From contig NC_058379.1 in the NCBI RefSeq assembly GCF_018350175.1, forward strand, positions 68,324,001-68,388,000: a stretch of DNA of 64,000 nucleotides, in the 5' to 3' direction. Position numbers and translations under genes: made by a program. Each line of letters begins with the position of its first letter. Within the stretch, counting starts at the first letter, position 1. The DNA comes from Felis catus (lineage: Eukaryota). This document shows, piece by piece, positions 58,661-64,000 of this stretch. The notes under the pieces are model-generated. The model made no database searches, had not been told where the DNA came from, and saw nothing but the letters and a program-made list of their open reading frames with translations.

Positions 58661-59137
58661 ATCCGCCTAGGGAATGTAGTGGGATGTCTGGATGCTCAGT
58701 ATCATCAGACAGAGTGCTGGACTGTCTGAGGCCCAGCTCTGGGGGGTAACTTCCCATGAGACCTAGCCCAAGGCTCACTCCCCTCTCTGCATCTAAGATG
58801 GGGATGATAGAAATACCAGCCAGTCTCCTGCCTGCCTCACAGGGCTGCTGACAGGTCCAAATGAGATGAGACAGTAATAGCCAGGAAAGGTGTTGGGTTC
58901 GGCCGGGTTTTGGGGATCCTCCCTCCCTGGAGCTGCCACCTTGCGATACAGCAAGTCCTGCGTCCACTGCCAGGATTCCTGGGGGCAAGGATCTGGGAGC
59001 ACAGGCACCCGTCGGGGTCGGTGGGTCGGGCTCGAGCCAATGGGGCGTGAGGGGCTGACTTTCGCATTGGGTGGGGGGCTTTATAGCTTTTAACTCTCGT
59101 ATGCTCGTAGCAGTTTTGAAAGGTAAATGTCACTCTT

Positions 59138-59378
59138 GGAGCGCCTGGGTGGCTCAGTCGGTCACAAGTCGAAGCATCTGACTTCGGCTCAGGTCATGAT
59201 CTTGCGGTTCGGGAGTTCGAGCCCCGCATCGGGCTCTGTGCTGACAGCTCAGAGCCTGGAACCTGCTTCCGATTCTGTGTCCCCCCCTCTCTCTCTGCCC
59301 CTCACCCCGCTCATGCTCTGTCTCTGTCTCTGTCTCTCTCTCAAAAATAAAGAAACATTAAACAAATTAAAAAAAAAA
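59138..59378 (+). mobile_element. Can-SINE with 20 bp TSD
   Basis: AAAGGTAA(A/G)TGTCACTCTTG at 59119-59138 and 59379-59398. Confidence 0.96.
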
Positions 59379-60457
59379 AAAGGTAAGTGTCACTCTTGCT
59401 TCTTTGACAGATGTCCCCATGGTGACACAGCTGAGTGGCAGAGCCAGAACTCCAGCTCGGGCCTGTCAGGCTCCCAACCTCGTGCCCTTTACCCACAGAG
59501 CTGGCACTGGCTGGGGAGAGAGACTCTTGGCAAAATACCAGAATTTTCCTTACTGTGAACACTGTCGACTTTAATTAGATTAATTTTCACTTTTTTTTTT
59601 TTTTTTTTTTTGCCTTAAGGGGGTTTAAAGACGATGCCGTGGGATTTTAGCAATGCACGGTGAGGAGAGCTGAGGCCTGGTGTGAGACCCTCCGAACTCG
59701 AGAATGAGTCAGAGGTGCATTTATGTATCTATGTGCCCCCCTGAGCAGCCCCCCTTGCCCCACGAGGTGGGAGGGATGGTCAGTGGAGACCCCGCCTCTC
59801 GGTCTAGCGCTGTTCTCCCGGGATGCTCTCCACTGCCCAGCCCAGGCACATCACAACTGCTGCCTGCTTGGCGTGCGTTTTTATGAAAGCTGCTTTGTGC
59901 ATGCATCCGCCCCGGGTTCTGGCCCCGGCTCCAAGCCCTGGTTATCTGGAATAACTAAACTGCAGCAACTACTCCTGCGGTCCTCTCCTTCTAAGGGAGA
60001 CTGCCCAAGTAAGGGCGCTTGTCTGGACCAAGGCCTTCGTAAATGAGAGCGCTTTCCCAATTTCATCCCGAGAAGCCAACAGCAAACATTTGTGGAGGAC
60101 CCAGGGCCTGCCAGGCGGGCCCCGAGCTGGAGAAACGTGCCTTGTAGAACAATTGGCCTCAGAGAGAGCTTGCCGGAGAACAATTGGGGCTTGTGGATGG
60201 TCTCTTGCTGACCTTGGGCAGCGGTGCCTGCATTATGCAAGACACCCAGGTGTGCCCGCTGGCCCTGGCTCGGGAGCAGGTGCGCCTGCCTTTGGGGAGC
60301 TGTGGCTGTGCGGTCACTTGCACCCTAGCTGCCCGGGGCAGCACTGACCTTCGGAAGGGCAGACATGTGGCCGTTGGGGTTTTGCCAGGTCAGCCGCCAG
60401 CCCAGGAGAGAGGCACTTAGCAGAGCATAGTGCTGTCTCTGCTCCTCCAGCCTGGCC

Positions 60458-60713
60458 ATTTTTTTTTAATGTTTATTTATTTATTTTGAGACAGAGCGAC
60501 TTCCTTTATTTAATTAATTAATTAATTAATTATTATTTTTTTTGAGCAAGAGCAAACAGGAGAGGGGCAGGCAGAGAGAAGGGGGGAGAGAGAACCCCAA
60601 GCAGGCTCCGTGTGGCTGGTGCAGAGCTGGACGCAGGGCTCCGTCCCACGAACCGTGAGATCATGAGCTGAAATCAAGAGTCAGACGCTTAACCGGCTGA
60701 GCCACCCAGGGAC
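60458..60713 (-). mobile_element. Can-SINE with double tail
   Basis: Two successive T-rich tail/GAGA segments precede one body; flanked by GCCTGGC. Confidence 0.88.
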
Positions 60714-61225
60714 GCTGAGGCCTGGCTGTTTTTATTGGAAAAGCAAAAACACATAAATGTTTTGCAATCATTGTGGGAGGCCAGGCTCATTGGTAACTTA
60801 CAGCCTTTCTCTGAGATGAGGCTTTGTTCATCTGAGGACCTTTGCCCGATTGCCCCACCTCTCGCTGGTATCCTCATCCGGGGCCTCGCTCACTGCTGTT
60901 TGCGCTTTCCCGGTCCCTTTTCTCCGTAGGTCTCTACTTCAGCCAACACACACGCCGGAATAAGTAGGCGAAAAGCCGCCTCTGAACGGAGACTCCTCGT
61001 TTCCAGATTCACTGTGCCAGCTGAGGCCTCGCTGTTGAATCGCCAACACCAAGTTTGTAAAGTAAAACCAAATAAAACATGGTCCCATGGAGACCCAAGT
61101 ACAGGATTTGTGTATGACACAAACAAAACAGAGGAAAATGACATAGATAGGATTCGGTCTGCTCAACTGTACCTCTTACTTATTTATTTTATATATATAT
61201 ATATACTTTTAAAAAATATTTATTT

Positions 61226-61268
61226 ATTTGAATCTTAAAAAAATTTCTTTAAATGTTTATTTATTTTT

Positions 61269-61300
<32 letters not shown>

Positions 61301-61467
61301 CAGAGCACAAACAGGGGCAGAGAGAGAAAGAGACACAGAATCCAAAGCAGGCTCCAAGGTTTCGAGCTGTCAGCACAGAGCCCGACGTGGGGCTTGAACT
61401 CACCAGTCATAAGATCATGACTGAGCCAAAGTCAGACGCTTAACAAACTGAGCCACTTGGGCGCCCC
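61226..61467 (-). mobile_element. Inner Can-SINE of a nested pair
   Basis: TSD AAAT(A/G)TTTATTT at 61214-61225 and 61468-61479. Confidence 0.93.
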
Positions 61468-61655
61468 AAATGTTTATTTTGGAGAGAGAGAGGGAGAGCA
61501 CGCAGGGGAGGGGCAGAGAGAGAGGGAGACAGAGGATCCAAAGCAGGCTCTGTGCTGTAGCACAGAACCTGAGGTGGGGCTCAAACTCACGAACCACGAG
61601 ATCATGACCTGGGCTGAAGTTAGACGCTCAGCAGACTGAGCCACCCAGGTGCCCC
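61468..61655 (-). mobile_element. Outer Can-SINE of a nested pair
   Basis: Outer TSD TCAACTGTACCT at 61163-61174 and 61656-61667; its tail remainder lies at about 61175-61213. Confidence 0.93.
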
Positions 61656-62564
61656 TCAACTGTACCTTTTACTAATTTAGACTATAATCCTTTCTCTGCT
61701 TCATAAGCTTGGTGCTTGGTGATTTCAGGGCTTGTCTTTTGTCTGGTTTTGTTTTTTGGCTTTCTTCATCGAGGGAATAGTATTCTAAAAGGTTGAAATT
61801 GCTAATTATTCTTAAAACTCTGAGAGCCGCTTATGTGGGATGTGTGATATTAGAGCCCTTCATGTTGTCAGCCACGATAGCAAATGTGCATCCAGAGCCT
61901 CTAAGAGAGTGTTATGAGAGGAATTACTAAAGAGAAATCATTGTACCTGCTTAGGAAAAACCACTGACGAGTGAATCTGATCAGAGCGTCATCTGGAAGG
62001 CGTCAGGTGGGAGGTCTGACTCAGGCATAGCGTCAGGCATGAGTCACAGCCTCTCTTCCCCTTTAATGACCTGGGCAGAGAGGGGTCTGCCCAGGGTCCC
62101 TGTGTCATGGTCCGATACCGAGCATAGCAAAGTGGCCTGGGGACTCGGACTGACTCTCGGAGTGAACTTGAGGTTTGAGACATGAGGAGAAAACCACAAG
62201 CAACTGTGGCTCCAGAAGAATCCTGCCTCATCCATCCTAGACAGGGTGTTCGGGTAAAACGGAATCTGACACGTGTCCCTGCCTCAGGACCAGAGGGTGG
62301 TGACGGAGTTTGGGTTTTTGCGGCAGGTGGCGTCAAAAGCCAAATCCAGAAGGAAATGGTCTTGTTTTGGGGATCTATTACTCTTTTTGCCCTCAGAGAT
62401 GTTAATCCATACAGAATGTGAGGGCTTGGTTCCTGAGATGTGCCCTTCTGCCTGGTTTCTCTCACACTTCCTTTTGGTCTTTCTTCATTTGTCTTCAGTC
62501 AGGTCACCCAAACATATGCCATGGCCCTGCGTGGCCCTCATCTCTGGTTCTTTCTCTGCTATTT

Positions 62565-64000
62565 CTTTAAAATAAAAGCTTTATTGAGATACAATTCATA
62601 TACCATAAAAATTCACCCTTTTAAGGTAGGTGGCTTTTTCTGATTTCACTCATACGTGGAACTTAAGAAACAAAAGAATAAAGGAAAAAGACAAAGTAAG
62701 AAACAGACTCTCAACCGTATAGAACAAACTGATGGTTGGGGAGGTGGGGTGGGGGGGACGGGTGAAATAGGGGATGGGGATTAAAGAGCGTACTTGTCAT
62801 GATGAGCACTGAGTAATGCATAGAATTGTTGAATCACAACATTGTACGCCTGAAACTAACATGACACTGTATGTTAAGTATGCTGAAATTAAAAACATAA
62901 TAAGAAAATAAAAATAAAAAAGTAGGTGGCTTTAATATGTTCACCATGTTGTGCAACAATGTCTTCTATCCAGAACATTTTCTAGATGCATCATTTTTTG
63001 TTTTCTGGAAGAGTGCCATCCAGCGCATTTCCATGACCTCCTTCCTTATTCTCCCCAACTCCCTGAGCCCTAGGCAACAACTCATCTACCCTCTTTCTCT
63101 GTGGATTTGTCTATCCTGCACCTCTCACGTAAATGGAGTTCTAGAAAATGCGGTCTTTTGTGTCTGGCTTCTTTCACCTAATATAGTGCCTTCAAGGTTC
63201 ATGTTGTAGCATGGATCAGTGCTTTATTCCTTTTTATGGCCAAATGGTATTCCAATATGTGGTTATACCGCATTTTAATGTATCCATTAGCCATTGAGAG
63301 ATCATTTGAGGGTTGTTACCATATTTCAGTTATTATGATGAATACTATATAATACCACCCTGAGCATTCATGTACACGTTTTTGTGTGGACCTGTTTTTA
63401 ATTTTCTTGGATAGGTACCTTGGAGTAGAATTATTGGGTTTATGTGGTAATGACCTTTTGAGGAATTGTCAGACTGTTTTCCAAAGTGGCAGGACCACTT
63501 TACAGTCCCGCGAGCCATGGACGAGGGGTCTAGTTTCTTCACATCCTCACCCACACTTGGGTATTGTGTGTCTTTTTGAGCCTTGCCATCCCAGTGGCTG
63601 TGAAGTACTGTCTCACTGTGGTTTCGGTCTGCATTTCCTTAATGACTAAAGATGTTGAGCATCTTTTCAAGTGCTTTGTAGTATTAAACGCTCAGGTTTA
63701 CCTGTTCATCCAAGGGCTGTAGGCCACTTGTGTATCTTCTTTGGAGAGATGTCTCTTCAAAGTTTTGCCTGTTTCCTAACTTGGTCCTTTGTCCTTTTAT
63801 TGTTGATTCGTAGCAGTCCTTTATATACTCTAGATACTATGCCCTTATCAGATCTGTGGTTTGCAGTATTTTCCCCCAAGGGTTGTCATGTCACTTTCTT
63901 CATGGTGTTCTTTGAGGCCCAATGTTTTTAATTTTGATGGAGTCCAATGGGTCCTTATTTATTTGTTATTTCATTGCTTGTGGTTTTGTGTCATAGCTGA
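62565..64000 (-). mobile_element. L1MB 3' region (antisense), running off the window
   Basis: TTTATTGAGATACAATTCATATACCATAAAA terminus; GTCTTTTGTGTCTGGCTTCTTTCAC; AAAGATGTTGAGCATCTTTTCA. Confidence 0.9.
62638..62921 (+). mobile_element. 5'-truncated carnivore L1 (L1_Carn-like) inserted in L1MB
   Basis: GATTTCACTCATACGTGGAA...GAGCACTGAGTAATGCATAGAATTGTTGAATCAC; TSD GTAGGTGGCTTT at 62626-62637 and 62922-62933. Confidence 0.92.

Noticed and set aside
44-61659. Many 60-170 aa ORFs containing WVAQSV, EREGDTES or SLSAPP motifs
   Set aside because: These are translations of Can-SINE sequence in either orientation.
1-64000. Prokaryote-type systems (CRISPR, operons, defence islands) or an intact retroelement/ERV
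   Set aside because: The sequence is mammalian non-coding DNA; there are no repeat-spacer arrays, no intact ORF1/ORF2 or gag/pol/env, and all LTRs are solo or fragmentary.

Overview
Mammalian genomic DNA, almost certainly from a cat-family (Felidae) genome: it carries about 31 tRNA-derived Can-SINEs, mostly with SINEC_Fc-type diagnostics, plus eutherian MIR, L2, L1M, MaLR/ERVL LTR and hAT relics. Seven sized N-gaps (133-272 bp) suggest a scaffolded short-read assembly. The dominant feature is a ~3 kb CpG island (about 27440-30460) with several + strand splice donors, read as the multi-first-exon promoter of a gene whose first intron(s) fill the right half of the window. A second CpG patch lies at about 34330-35060. 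I recognise no protein-coding exon, RNA gene or processed pseudogene and cannot name the gene. The supplied ORFs are explained by repeats, gaps and GC-rich low-complexity DNA. No new multi-gene system is supported by the sequence. The best leads are regulatory: (1) an orphan CpG patch at about 4660-5230 with a minus-strand TATA/ETS/GC-box layout and a strong donor, next to a minisatellite built of p53-type half-sites; (2) a perfect palindromic RFX X-box at 19224-19237; (3) a 16 kb SINE-free zone around the promoter; (4) tandem metal-response elements, SOX motifs and a possible alternative first exon in the second CpG patch; (5) nested, young, TSD-flanked SINEs. Repeat family names come from my recall of consensus sequences, not from a search. 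Repeat boundaries are approximate except where TSDs are quoted.
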